Positions 28,642 to 37,971 of a DNA stretch of 64,000 bases are shown here, in pieces. A program made the position numbers and the translations under genes. This stretch comes from Bdellovibrio sp. GTDB lineage: Bacteria > Bdellovibrionota > Bdellovibrionia > Bdellovibrionales > Bdellovibrionaceae. Positions within the stretch are counted from its first letter, which is position 1, and every line of letters starts with the position of its first letter. The stretch is taken from contig JAKFCY010000002.1 in NCBI GenBank assembly GCA_036676395.1, positions 672,001 through 736,000 on the forward strand. Direction: 5' to 3'. The notes beneath the pieces were generated by a model, which ran no database searches, was not told the origin of the DNA, and was given only the letters and a program-made list of their open reading frames with translations.

Positions 28642-29808
28642 ATGCGTTTATTTCTTGTAACCGTTTTTTGGCTTGTGTTCGGCGTGAAGGCTTTGGCCTA
28701 TCCGGATTTCATTGGTTACGGGTATCGTAGCTGTTTAGTTTGTCATGAATCGGGTAGCGGTGGTGGTGCTCTAACAGATTACGGTCGTGGCGTGTTCGCT
28801 TCTGAAATTGCAGCTAATCCGATCAAGCGCTGGATCAATGACGAAGAAGCTGCGCAAGTTTCAAATTTCTTAGGCCCCGTCGAATTTCCTTTTTGGTTGC
28901 GCATTGGTTTTAAATACCGGGCCTTAACTGTCGAACGCTCACCTGGTTCTGAGCAAAGCCGAATGTATCACTACAACATGCAAAATGATCTGAATTTGAA
29001 TTTTTTTGCTAATGAAGCCCATACCATCGGATTAATCACGACTGTGGGGTATGTTGAAAATCCACTTTCATTATATCCAAATAAAACGATGAAAGATGAT
29101 TCGTATTTATTTTACCGCGAATATTTTATTAAAGCTAACGTTGCTAAAGAATTTTGGATCTATGCCGGCATGATGGACAAAGTGTTTGGTATTAAAACCG
29201 TGAATCACACGTCTGTAAACCGCGCCCCTTTATCACTGGGGCAAAACGACCAGGTTCATGCTGGCCTTGTGCAATGGGCGCGTAAAGACGAAGATTTATT
29301 TTTTCAATACTGGGCGGGTAATTTGCATTTACCTAAAGCTGATCGCCGTTCTGGTGGAAGTTTTATGCTGGATAAAAAATGGGGCAGCATGCATGCGGCC
29401 GGGTTTAGTTTGTTAACTGAATCTAAAGAAGGCACTAAGCAAAATATTTTTTCACTGCACAACAAAATGGGTTTTCGTGACGGAAACTCACTGTTGATGG
29501 AAGGCGGTTACCGTGTTGAAACCACTGAACAGGCCGGCGTTTCAACCGACAGCAAAAGTTATTATATTTTTACGCAGAATAATTTAAATTTAACTCGCGG
29601 AGTATTTTTCTTGTCAGGTTTAGAAATTTCTAAAAATACCACCGAGTCGACAAATCCACAAAATCTGCGCTGGGATTTAGGTTTTTTAATTTTTCCGATT
29701 CAAAGAATGGAAGTTCGTTTTTCTGGAATTAACCAAAAAACATTAAGCGCTGAAGAGGCAGTTAAAGATCAATGGTCAATACAATCACAAATACATTTAT
29801 CTTTATAA
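28642..29808 (+). CDS. Monoheme cytochrome c fused to putative outer-membrane beta-barrel (Cyc2-like architecture)
   Basis: Signal peptide, YPDF..CLVCH..LTDYGR, then amphipathic beta-strands to the C-terminus. Confidence 0.65.
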   Translation: MRLFLVTVFWLVFGVKALAYPDFIGYGYRSCLVCHESGSGGGALTDYGRGVFASEIAANPIKRWINDEEAAQVSNFLGPVEFPFWLRIGFKYRALTVERSPGSEQSRMYHYNMQNDLNLNFFANEAHTIGLITTVGYVENPLSLYPNKTMKDDSYLFYREYFIKANVAKEFWIYAGMMDKVFGIKTVNHTSVNRAPLSLGQNDQVHAGLVQWARKDEDLFFQYWAGNLHLPKADRRSGGSFMLDKKWGSMHAAGFSLLTESKEGTKQNIFSLHNKMGFRDGNSLLMEGGYRVETTEQAGVSTDSKSYYIFTQNNLNLTRGVFFLSGLEISKNTTESTNPQNLRWDLGFLIFPIQRMEVRFSGINQKTLSAEEAVKDQWSIQSQIHLSL

Positions 29809-30488
29809 TCTTATCGCTCGCGATTAATGGAGCGTTTGCCGCTGATGAAGCAAAAGAGCTCATCCAGCAGGTGAAGCAAGCCCCTGCGCAAGGAGCGCCG
29901 GCGGCACCATCACGTAAACTTTTAAAACGCGTTCGTCGTAAAAGACCAGTCGTTACTGAAGCTGAGCTGATGTCTAAGATAGGCTTTTCTGCAGGGGCAG
30001 TGGCTTGGGGCGAACAAATTCTTCTAAGAACAGCAGATGGACGTACTGAAAATATTTTGGTCGAATACACTGGCCTTGCGGTGGGGTTAGATTACACACT
30101 TACGGGTGATCTGGCGGGTTGGTACACTTCAGTAAAAACAATGCTTCTTCAAGGTCAGGCGCAGGCCGAAGGTCAATCTATCACTTATCAAAACAAAGTC
30201 GATGCAGTCACAGCAGTTTTTGCCACGACAGGCCTTAGGTTTTACCCACATGAAAAAGTGAACGTAACTTTAAGTGCAGGGGCTACGTATTACAAATTGC
30301 AGCTAGAGCCACCGACTTCGGTAGTGACCAGCTACGATTTTAAATACTCTGAAGACATACAGCCTGTGGCCCAGTTGCAACTTGGGTGGATGCTAAACGA
30401 GTCATTATTATTTCAACAGGAGATCTTTGCCGCTGCTAAAAACAATGTTTCTGCCGGCTGGATTGTATCACTTGGATACGTTTTTTAG
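29772..30488 (+). CDS. Putative outer-membrane beta-barrel protein
   Basis: Signal peptide, beta-strand pattern, C-terminal VSLGYVF BAM-type signal. Confidence 0.65.
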   Translation: MVNTITNTFIFIILSLAINGAFAADEAKELIQQVKQAPAQGAPAAPSRKLLKRVRRKRPVVTEAELMSKIGFSAGAVAWGEQILLRTADGRTENILVEYTGLAVGLDYTLTGDLAGWYTSVKTMLLQGQAQAEGQSITYQNKVDAVTAVFATTGLRFYPHEKVNVTLSAGATYYKLQLEPPTSVVTSYDFKYSEDIQPVAQLQLGWMLNESLLFQQEIFAAAKNNVSAGWIVSLGYVF

Positions 30489-30641
30489 ATTCTGATAGAC
30501 TTCGGGTGTCTAGGTAGTTTTCAAACGCAAAATTTCATAAATAAGTTCGACAGAGAAACGTCTTACGTAGATACGTTTTCGAAACTAGTCTATACAAATT
30601 AATTGTGTCCCCTCAAAATAGTAAGTGGGGGAACGAAAACT

Positions 30642-32213
30642 ATGCGCTATAAACATTCACTGTTTATTTCTTTTGTTGCTATTGGTTTGATGACCACTCA
30701 GAATTCTGGGGCTGCGAGCAAACTTAACGACGTTGAAATTTTCAATCGTTGTTATTTAAAGCTATTTAAAATGGTTGTGCCACGCACAGCAAGCCTTGGC
30801 AAAACTTTGACTGACACTATTTACAGTAGAAAAATTACGGGTCCTGCGGCTTGTATGGTTTTACTTGAGCAGTCTGAGTTCATGGATAATGGTAAACTTC
30901 GTGCCGCGAAGTACACGAATTACCCTAAGTTAAGCGAACAAGAGACAAAAAAACTTATCGCTAACTTACATAATTTTCACAACACATGGTTTAGTAAAAA
31001 AGCTTTCGTTTTTTCAACGAATGGATCTGACACGTCAACATATGCTATTAAAGATAATGATGAACCATCATTATACTTTACCCGCGCATTGTTTGGCAGT
31101 GGAGTTCCAATTTCAACGGCTTTCACAGGCACAAAGACCTTACGTGGTTTACGTGAAACACCAGATAAGTCGGCCACAAAACGTTGGCAGTCTAAACCGA
31201 TGAATATCTTAAATGAAGCTAACTTCGGTAATGCTGCGGGTTTTGTGATGGCTTCGGGCCCAGGTGCTACTGCGGCTTCGATTGTTGTCAAAGATGAAGA
31301 TCTTGTGCCATTTGGTAAATTGTACGGTGTTGAAGAAGCTAAACCATTGATTGTTCCGAATGTTGTGATCAGCGGGCAAGGTAATGTTTCGGCAACAATT
31401 CGTACGCAGATCGCGCAGGCAATTGCTTTAAAAAATAAAGATGTAAATTTATTCGAGCACTTAGGTGGCGGTATTTTAGGTTCGCAAGTTTTCATTATGA
31501 AAAACACGAATTTAAGTGTGGCCCAAATTGCTCCGGGCGCAAACAACGATAAAGATGATGTGGTTGCCCGTCGTATTTCAAGTCGTGTTTTTGAAGATTT
31601 ATTATGTCACCAAATGCCTACGCTGAGCGAAGCTGACGTGCGTGGTGATGTGATCGCGAATTCTCCGCATGGCTTTAGAATTAATTCTTCATGTATGGCT
31701 TGTCATACATCGTTAGATCCGATGGCGTATACAATGAGAAATTTTGCACCGTATAGAACTTCAAATAATGAAATGCCGCCGGCAACACCTGAAGGTAATG
31801 CCATTCGTGCTAAAGGAACTCCGGTTTTAGGTATTACAAGATTACCGGCAGTTGCAGGTTCAGGTCACTTTGCTTTACAAACGCCAATGGGGGCATTGAA
31901 CTATCGTGACCACACAAATAAGTTAATTAAAATTCCGGTGAAAAATTTAAATGAATTAGGTGCAGCGATTGCTAACAGCGATGATTTCTACCGTTGCGTA
32001 GCAAAACGTTATTACAGCTATTTTACTGGTTATGATGTGAATTTAGCAGAGCGCAATGTTGCTGAAGCCAACAACACGAAAGAAGCTAAATTTCACCGCG
32101 CGAAAGTTTACTCGATCGCCGCAAATCTTAAGAAAAGTCAGAATATGGCATCAATGATTAAAGAAATTGTCAGCAGTGAGGCCTTTGTTTATCGCCAATA
32201 TTCGCCTCCGTAA
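30642..32213 (+). CDS. Exported heme c protein with DUF1588/DUF1585-like modules
   Basis: SCMACHTSLDPM motif; C-terminal FYRCVAKRYYSYFTG...IKEIVSSEAF. Confidence 0.7.
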   Translation: MRYKHSLFISFVAIGLMTTQNSGAASKLNDVEIFNRCYLKLFKMVVPRTASLGKTLTDTIYSRKITGPAACMVLLEQSEFMDNGKLRAAKYTNYPKLSEQETKKLIANLHNFHNTWFSKKAFVFSTNGSDTSTYAIKDNDEPSLYFTRALFGSGVPISTAFTGTKTLRGLRETPDKSATKRWQSKPMNILNEANFGNAAGFVMASGPGATAASIVVKDEDLVPFGKLYGVEEAKPLIVPNVVISGQGNVSATIRTQIAQAIALKNKDVNLFEHLGGGILGSQVFIMKNTNLSVAQIAPGANNDKDDVVARRISSRVFEDLLCHQMPTLSEADVRGDVIANSPHGFRINSSCMACHTSLDPMAYTMRNFAPYRTSNNEMPPATPEGNAIRAKGTPVLGITRLPAVAGSGHFALQTPMGALNYRDHTNKLIKIPVKNLNELGAAIANSDDFYRCVAKRYYSYFTGYDVNLAERNVAEANNTKEAKFHRAKVYSIAANLKKSQNMASMIKEIVSSEAFVYRQYSPP

Positions 32214-32268
32214 AACGGGATCAGTGAATAAGGGGTTGGCGAATAAATAATTTCAGGGGGAAAACAGA

Positions 32269-33909
32269 ATGGGTAACGGACAAAGTCGTAGAAAGTTTTT
32301 AGAAAACGCAACAAAGAGCCTAGGTTTAGTAGGGATATCTCCTATGATGTCTAACTTTATTGTGCAGACTCTTTCTTCTCAGGTTCTTGCAGCTGGAACA
32401 ACAAACAGCGGCGGTTCAGATAAAATTTATATCTTTTTTGCATTACCAGGTGGGCCACCACGTTGGTTTTTTGATTTACCATTAACTCCAAACGGAACTA
32501 CAGCAAAACCTACTGATAATTTTTCGCATAATGGTGTTGCTACTTATGTGGGTATGGCAGGTGCCGGTGATCCACAAGCCATGTACAAACCATGGCGTGA
32601 TCCAGTCAGTAAATACTGGTTACCACCAGTGTGGGGTTCAAATCCTTCAGGCGGAAGTTTTAAAAATTGTTTAGCCAACGCAGCTTTTATTCGCGGTGTT
32701 GATTTTGAAATTAACAACCATGATCTAGGAAGATTACGTAACCAATCACCAATTATCGGTGGTTTATCAATTGCCGGTCTATTAGCTGAAAAAACAAATT
32801 CGGCATTTCCGGCAGCTTCGGCAGGAAGTATCGGCGCAGCGTTCAAGGCTGGTAAGCCGATGTCTCCGGTGGGCTTAAATTATGCGGTATCTGCTACGAC
32901 TAATCCAATTTCAACAACGATGCGTTACTTCGCAGGCCGCGCCCCGGTTGAAAATTTAGCGGTCAACCAAGCCTTAACTGAGTTTGATAAATATGCTGAT
33001 AAAAATAATTTTATCCAAAAAGGTTTAACTGAATCAAAAGACAGATCTGATGCTTTGGTTCAGCAAGGTGTAAGCACTTTTACCAATAAGTGGCAGCCAA
33101 CTTACGATAAATATTTGTTAAAAGTTAAAGAAGCGATGTCTATGAATAACACTTCACCGTTCATGGATACTAAACCTATTAGTCCGCCGAAGATGACCAC
33201 TGCGGGAACACCAGACATTCGTTCGCGCCGCGGTGACGCTCAATTTATGGGTGATTTATCAGACTACCGCAATATGGTGAATGACCAAACGACGGTATCT
33301 AATTTAGCTGCGACATTTGCTACGGTTGAGATTTTAATCACGATGGGGTTAACCCAGGTTGTAACAACTGATTTGGGCGGTATCGCAAATCTAGTTTTTA
33401 ACAACGCAAATGGCAAATTCAATTTAGCTAATGATCAACATTTTATCGGCACATTGGTATCAACGATTGCAACGACATTCATGTACCGCGCGATGATTAA
33501 TTGCACTGAAGAATTAGTGTTAGCATTAAAAGAAAAAAATCTATTTGATAAAACTGTTATCCAGTTTGGTGCCGAGTTTAACCGTACAGCTAAAGCTGAT
33601 GGTTCTGGTTCAGATCATGGTTTTAAAGGAAGTTCGGTTTTATTAATTTCAGGCATGATTAAAAAGACGGTAGTGCTTGGCAATGTTAAAGACGATGCCA
33701 CAGGTACATATAAAGGAACGTGGGGGTTGGCGGCGCCACACCCGATCTTAGATAATAAATATCCCCTGCGCCTAAATGACGTGGCAAAAACAATCTGTGG
33801 TATGTTGGGGCTGAAAAACGTTTCTAACAATGGTGAATACATTTTAAATACTGATGGTTCTCAATGGGAAGCCTTCACAGGCGTGAAAGGCGAGGCTAAA
33901 AATGTTTAG
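32269..33909 (+). CDS. Tat-exported DUF1501-family protein
   Basis: SRRKFL twin-arginine motif, GGP motif, EFNRT..GSDHG. Confidence 0.75.
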   Translation: MGNGQSRRKFLENATKSLGLVGISPMMSNFIVQTLSSQVLAAGTTNSGGSDKIYIFFALPGGPPRWFFDLPLTPNGTTAKPTDNFSHNGVATYVGMAGAGDPQAMYKPWRDPVSKYWLPPVWGSNPSGGSFKNCLANAAFIRGVDFEINNHDLGRLRNQSPIIGGLSIAGLLAEKTNSAFPAASAGSIGAAFKAGKPMSPVGLNYAVSATTNPISTTMRYFAGRAPVENLAVNQALTEFDKYADKNNFIQKGLTESKDRSDALVQQGVSTFTNKWQPTYDKYLLKVKEAMSMNNTSPFMDTKPISPPKMTTAGTPDIRSRRGDAQFMGDLSDYRNMVNDQTTVSNLAATFATVEILITMGLTQVVTTDLGGIANLVFNNANGKFNLANDQHFIGTLVSTIATTFMYRAMINCTEELVLALKEKNLFDKTVIQFGAEFNRTAKADGSGSDHGFKGSSVLLISGMIKKTVVLGNVKDDATGTYKGTWGLAAPHPILDNKYPLRLNDVAKTICGMLGLKNVSNNGEYILNTDGSQWEAFTGVKGEAKNV

Positions 33910-34636
33910 ATCAATGTATGCTCGTATTTCTTTAGTGATTGTTTCGTTATTTGTAATGGTGCATTTTCAAAACTGTGCGCCCGCTGCAAAAGAAGAATCA
34001 GTACTTGATTCAATGGGTAACGCTAACCTGATTGATCAAATTCATAAAGATAATGATCATAGTACTGATATTCCTGTGCAAGAAAAAATGGCTTTAGAGG
34101 TTTCAAAATCTTTGCTAGACCGCTCAATGATCTATTCATTGTTTGTAGATATTTTCGGTCCGGATGCAGCAGCAATTGCAGCTTTAAATCAATTGCGCGC
34201 CGAGCGGGCGGTGTTTGGTGGGCCGTGTTCAGTTTATGAAAATTTTAAATCAGTTCGTGCTGGCTTAAAAATGGATTCTGAAGCTGAAAGCTGTGCTAAC
34301 TCTGAAACCGCAAATAACTTAGGTGCACCGGTAAATCCAGTAGCTAATGTCTTGCAGCAGGCTTTAATCAATGACGTTTGTCAGCAGGTGTTGCTGAACG
34401 CGAAAACTTATAACTATGCAATCGCTCAGATTAAAGAAAGTTCGACTGTCGCGATCCCGGCAAATACACCCGCGAATGTTTTAAAAGTTTTTCGTTTATT
34501 TTATCGCGGTAAACCTGATCCTGATGCTGGTTTAGTTAATAGCTTACAGGTTTTAGTGGGCGAGCCAGCTAGCGCGGATGGGTGGAAGGCCGCGATCTCA
34601 ACGACTTGTGTTTCAAGTCACTGGCAGGCGTTGTAA
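33902..34636 (+). CDS. Putative lipoprotein (FQNC lipobox)
   Basis: Hydrophobic stretch followed by FQNCAP; overlaps both neighbouring genes. Confidence 0.7.
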   Translation: MFRSMYARISLVIVSLFVMVHFQNCAPAAKEESVLDSMGNANLIDQIHKDNDHSTDIPVQEKMALEVSKSLLDRSMIYSLFVDIFGPDAAAIAALNQLRAERAVFGGPCSVYENFKSVRAGLKMDSEAESCANSETANNLGAPVNPVANVLQQALINDVCQQVLLNAKTYNYAIAQIKESSTVAIPANTPANVLKVFRLFYRGKPDPDAGLVNSLQVLVGEPASADGWKAAISTTCVSSHWQAL

Positions 34637-35196
34637 TGAAGTACTGGGGGATTTTAGTTTTATTAACCGCACAACTAACAATGGCAGACCAAGTCGTGCC
34701 ATTGTTTCGTGATAATAGCATGACAACCTATGTGACAATGCCATTTCGCCTAGAAGCTACAGATGGATCAGCTGTTCCGATCATGAGTATTGAAGTCACA
34801 AGTTCGAAAGACAATTGCCAGGCGATGATTGATCCAATGATTTCGTCAAACTTTTTAGTCAAGTGCACAAAGACAGATTCATTAGAAGTCGCTGTGTATT
34901 TTAAACAAAGCGATGGGTCAATTGCCCGTATTAATTATGGACCGGTGGTAGTTGCAAAAATTTCTGACAGCGAGACGGTATTAACTCCAGTCATTGATAA
35001 CACACTTAAATACAAAGCCGGCCGTGATTTATATGCAAGCCAGTGTTTAAGCTGTCATTTAAGTCCTTACGATAAACCGAATCGTTCACTGACTCAGATT
35101 AAATCGGCGATTGCAGGAATTACGCGTATGAAATCCATTAAACTAACTGATGCGCAAATTAAATCCATCAGCGATTATTTAAACAATTTAGATTAG
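34636..35196 (+). CDS. Exported protein with C-terminal monoheme cytochrome c domain
   Basis: GRDLYASQCLSCH, candidate distal Met (TRM), LTDAQIKSISDYL; TAATG coupling with upstream gene. Confidence 0.8.
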   Translation: MKYWGILVLLTAQLTMADQVVPLFRDNSMTTYVTMPFRLEATDGSAVPIMSIEVTSSKDNCQAMIDPMISSNFLVKCTKTDSLEVAVYFKQSDGSIARINYGPVVVAKISDSETVLTPVIDNTLKYKAGRDLYASQCLSCHLSPYDKPNRSLTQIKSAIAGITRMKSIKLTDAQIKSISDYLNNLD

Positions 35197-35208
35197 AAGG
35201 AGGGATAT

Positions 35209-35682
35209 ATGATGAAACTTAAAAAAAGTACAAAAAAAATTATCCCACTTTTAGTTTTAATGGGATTATTAGTTTTTCAATTTCAAAATTGTGCCCCCAA
35301 AAAAGAATTCGCCTTTGAAGATGAAAGAGTCGAAGAGACGATGAGCTTTTTTGAATATCGGTATACCAAGGCCACGCCGATTTATTTTGAAATACAGGTG
35401 TTGCCAACGACTTCAGATGCCACTTATCAAAATTATGATATTTTAGGTTTTGCGACACCATCAGATGGAAGTGCAGACGCTATTGAATATAAAATCGATA
35501 TTTATAATACCAGTCAGCAAAGTATATGTGCTCAGAAGACTGGGCTACTGACAGCAGGTGAAACATTAATTAGTGAATCCTGCGTGATTGCAAAAAATGT
35601 AAAAATTGGTTCAGCAGTAATACAAGTTAAAAAACAATCCGGAGGAGTTTGGGATGTCTACACAAAACAATACAACGAATAA
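35209..35682 (+). CDS. Putative lipoprotein (FQNC lipobox)
   Basis: Basic n-region, h-region, FQNCAP; AGGAGG RBS. Confidence 0.7.
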   Translation: MMKLKKSTKKIIPLLVLMGLLVFQFQNCAPKKEFAFEDERVEETMSFFEYRYTKATPIYFEIQVLPTTSDATYQNYDILGFATPSDGSADAIEYKIDIYNTSQQSICAQKTGLLTAGETLISESCVIAKNVKIGSAVIQVKKQSGGVWDVYTKQYNE

Positions 35683-36169
35683 ACTTAATCTAATGGTCGC
35701 AGCCGTGCTGCTGACACTGTCGATGCAAGCTAACGCTGGCATGGTCGAAGCCCAAGTGGTGGTCAACCCAGTCGGTGATTTCGTCGCCGAATTTAAAGAT
35801 ATTGCAGGTAGCGCTTATGCGGATGGGGATTCTTATAAAGCTGATACGTTTGTGATTCCTTGGTCTAAATTAAGCACGGGCATGAGTGTTCGTGATAAGC
35901 ATGCCAAAGATTATTTTAATGCATCCAAATACCCAAATATCGAAATTGCAACGGCCTTAGGTAAGGGCGGTAATGGGGTAGCGAAAGTAAAAATGAATAA
36001 CGTTGAGAAGATCGTCAAAGGCAAGTACGTCAAAGACGGTAATAATCTAATTGCTGAATTTGAATTGAAATTAAGTCTATTTAATGTGAACAACATTAAT
36101 TTCAAAGGCGCGGGCGTAGAAGACAAAGTCAAAGTTAAAGTCACCGTTCCAATTATAGCAAAAAAGTAA
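35654..36169 (+). CDS. YceI-family protein
   Basis: LSTGMSVRDKH...YP.I motif and GVEDKVKV; signal peptide. Confidence 0.8.
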   Translation: MSTQNNTTNKLNLMVAAVLLTLSMQANAGMVEAQVVVNPVGDFVAEFKDIAGSAYADGDSYKADTFVIPWSKLSTGMSVRDKHAKDYFNASKYPNIEIATALGKGGNGVAKVKMNNVEKIVKGKYVKDGNNLIAEFELKLSLFNVNNINFKGAGVEDKVKVKVTVPIIAKK

Positions 36170-36190
36170 ATCTTGATTTGAGACACATAG

Positions 36191-36212
36191 GGCCTTTTGC
36201 TGTCAAAAGGCC
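36191..36212 (+). terminator. Hairpin closing the cytochrome cluster (no U tract)
   Basis: GGCCTTTTG-CTGT-CAAAAGGCC. Confidence 0.45.
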
Positions 36213-36283
36213 GGACAAATGTAGACGAATAGCATGACAGCGTCTTAAATTGCTCCGTTCAACTAACATAAATTGTCACTAAC

Positions 36284-36300
36284 TAGGCACGGTATTCGCT
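36284..36300 (+). promoter_or_regulatory. Sigma54-like promoter
   Basis: TAGGCACGGTATTCGCT, GG-N10-GC spacing. Confidence 0.5.
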
Positions 36301-36328
36301 TTATATCTCTTCGGGTGAGGGAAAAGAT

Positions 36329-37165
36329 ATGAAGCATATTTTATTTCTATGTTTAGTCCTTGCGGCATGTATTGCAAATGCACAAGTTTTTACAACCGAG
36401 ATTGCCGACACGCCACCATTTCAGATCTCAATTCAAGATACGACAGATCCCAATTTAGAAATAAGATCTTCTGGGGCCGCTACAGAGGCTGCAGCCGTTG
36501 AAGATTGCGTTGGTTGTGTTGAGAGCACATCTAAGGCGCCACAGGCCTTAGCGAGCGTGCACGAGACTGGTCAGCACTTAGAACGAGTGATTGTCGAAGA
36601 AGGCTGGCAGAATTCATGTGATGGGTTTGTTAAAGATGGCAAAATCGGATTGTATGGCCAAATTGTTCGCGAAGAAATAATGAAACCCACAGCTTTAAAA
36701 AATATAAAAGCAGGCGATGATGATTTAAGCCGCCTGTGCCCGAATTACCCATCAATGAATACCAGCAGTAAAGCCAATGTGATTTTATTAATAATGACTT
36801 CAATGGCTTTTGAAGAGAGCTCTTGTAATAATAATAAGTCAGCCCGCGGGCCTAACGGCACGGCTAAAGGATTTTTTCAGTTACATTCGGGCCGCGAATC
36901 TAACTACAGTTCAGATTGTGCAAATTATGACAGCCGCACTCCACGTGGCAGCATCACATGTGCACTAAGTATGCTTGATAAACAAATGGGTGAGGGCAAT
37001 TTATTTCGCCAAGACGAAAACTATTGGGATGTATTACGCCCTAAACGTTGGAGTAAAAAAACTAAAAGCTATTTTCCAAATCCTTCGTTTCGCGAGATTA
37101 GAAGTGCGATTTCAAGTTTTGAACCCTGCACCGGAAAACAACAGATTTCAGTTGCTGATAACTAA
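36329..37165 (+). CDS. Secreted lysozyme-like/SLT lytic transglycosylase
   Basis: MAFEESSC catalytic-Glu motif, AKGFFQL, YWDVLRP; signal peptide. Confidence 0.7.
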   Translation: MKHILFLCLVLAACIANAQVFTTEIADTPPFQISIQDTTDPNLEIRSSGAATEAAAVEDCVGCVESTSKAPQALASVHETGQHLERVIVEEGWQNSCDGFVKDGKIGLYGQIVREEIMKPTALKNIKAGDDDLSRLCPNYPSMNTSSKANVILLIMTSMAFEESSCNNNKSARGPNGTAKGFFQLHSGRESNYSSDCANYDSRTPRGSITCALSMLDKQMGEGNLFRQDENYWDVLRPKRWSKKTKSYFPNPSFREIRSAISSFEPCTGKQQISVADN

Positions 37166-37971
37166 GCTTTACGAAAATACTTCTGTTGTAAGAAGGCGCA
37201 TAACGATGCGCCTGATAAAACGATGCTCCAGACCACTAAAAGCCACAGCATAAAAATCGGAAACGATGCCAGTGAGCCGTAGATTTTGTTCTGTCTAAAT
37301 ACTTTTAACGAAATCCATAAAAATGAACTCTGAACCACAGCAATGCCTAAAGCAGCCAAAGCTGCACTGATTAAGCCTGCGCGCTTAGATACTTTTGTAT
37401 CTGGCACAACGGTGTATAAAATCCATAAAGCTAAACCAATCACCAGACCAAATAAAAATTGCTGATGCACAGTTGATCCCAGTTTTTCGATGATTTTAAC
37501 CGAACGCAAACCAATAAAACCTGCAAGTAATACCGGAAGACTGACTAAAACAATCGAGTGCAGCCACATACGCTTGATAAACGGCTTACGCGGTTTAATA
37601 CGCCATAGATGATGAAAAGCCGTATCGATATTTCTAAATAAGCCAATCGTCGTAAATAAAAGAAAGATAACGCCCGTATAACCAAGTGTGCGCGATTGAA
37701 TTTTAGTGACCGAGGTTTTTAAGTATTGTGTGACTGTGTTGCCAGTGGCTTCTTTTAAATAAGACATCAGTAAGCTTTCAACCTGTGGATAAAGCTTTTC
37801 TAACTCTCCTACCGATTGAAACACCGCTAAAATAACCACTAAAAAGGGTACCGTCGCAAATAAAGTCGAATAAGATAAACTGGCTGCAGCGAAACGAATT
37901 TCTGCGAACTCATCCGAGAGTTTACGCAGAAAAGTTTTAAAGTTTGCCAGTGCTGCTTTTACTCCAGCCAA
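37162..37971 (-). CDS. YihY/BrkB family membrane protein
   Basis: AASLSYSTLF and IYGSLASFPIFMLWL motifs. Confidence 0.88.
   Translation of the reverse strand: MAGVKAALANFKTFLRKLSDEFAEIRFAAASLSYSTLFATVPFLVVILAVFQSVGELEKLYPQVESLLMSYLKEATGNTVTQYLKTSVTKIQSRTLGYTGVIFLLFTTIGLFRNIDTAFHHLWRIKPRKPFIKRMWLHSIVLVSLPVLLAGFIGLRSVKIIEKLGSTVHQQFLFGLVIGLALWILYTVVPDTKVSKRAGLISAALAALGIAVVQSSFLWISLKVFRQNKIYGSLASFPIFMLWLLVVWSIVLSGASLCAFLQQKYFRKA

Noticed and set aside
30608..30632. TCCCCT/GGGGGA pairing that could hide the RBS of the 30642 gene
   Set aside because: Stem of only about 6 bp with a long loop; too weak to call.
5371..36238. Recurrent intergenic GTC-N9-GAC dyads (exact at 5371, 5472 and 36202; one-mismatch variants elsewhere)
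   Set aside because: Only six specified bases; three exact hits is not clearly above a rough chance expectation of about one. Needs a genome-wide test.
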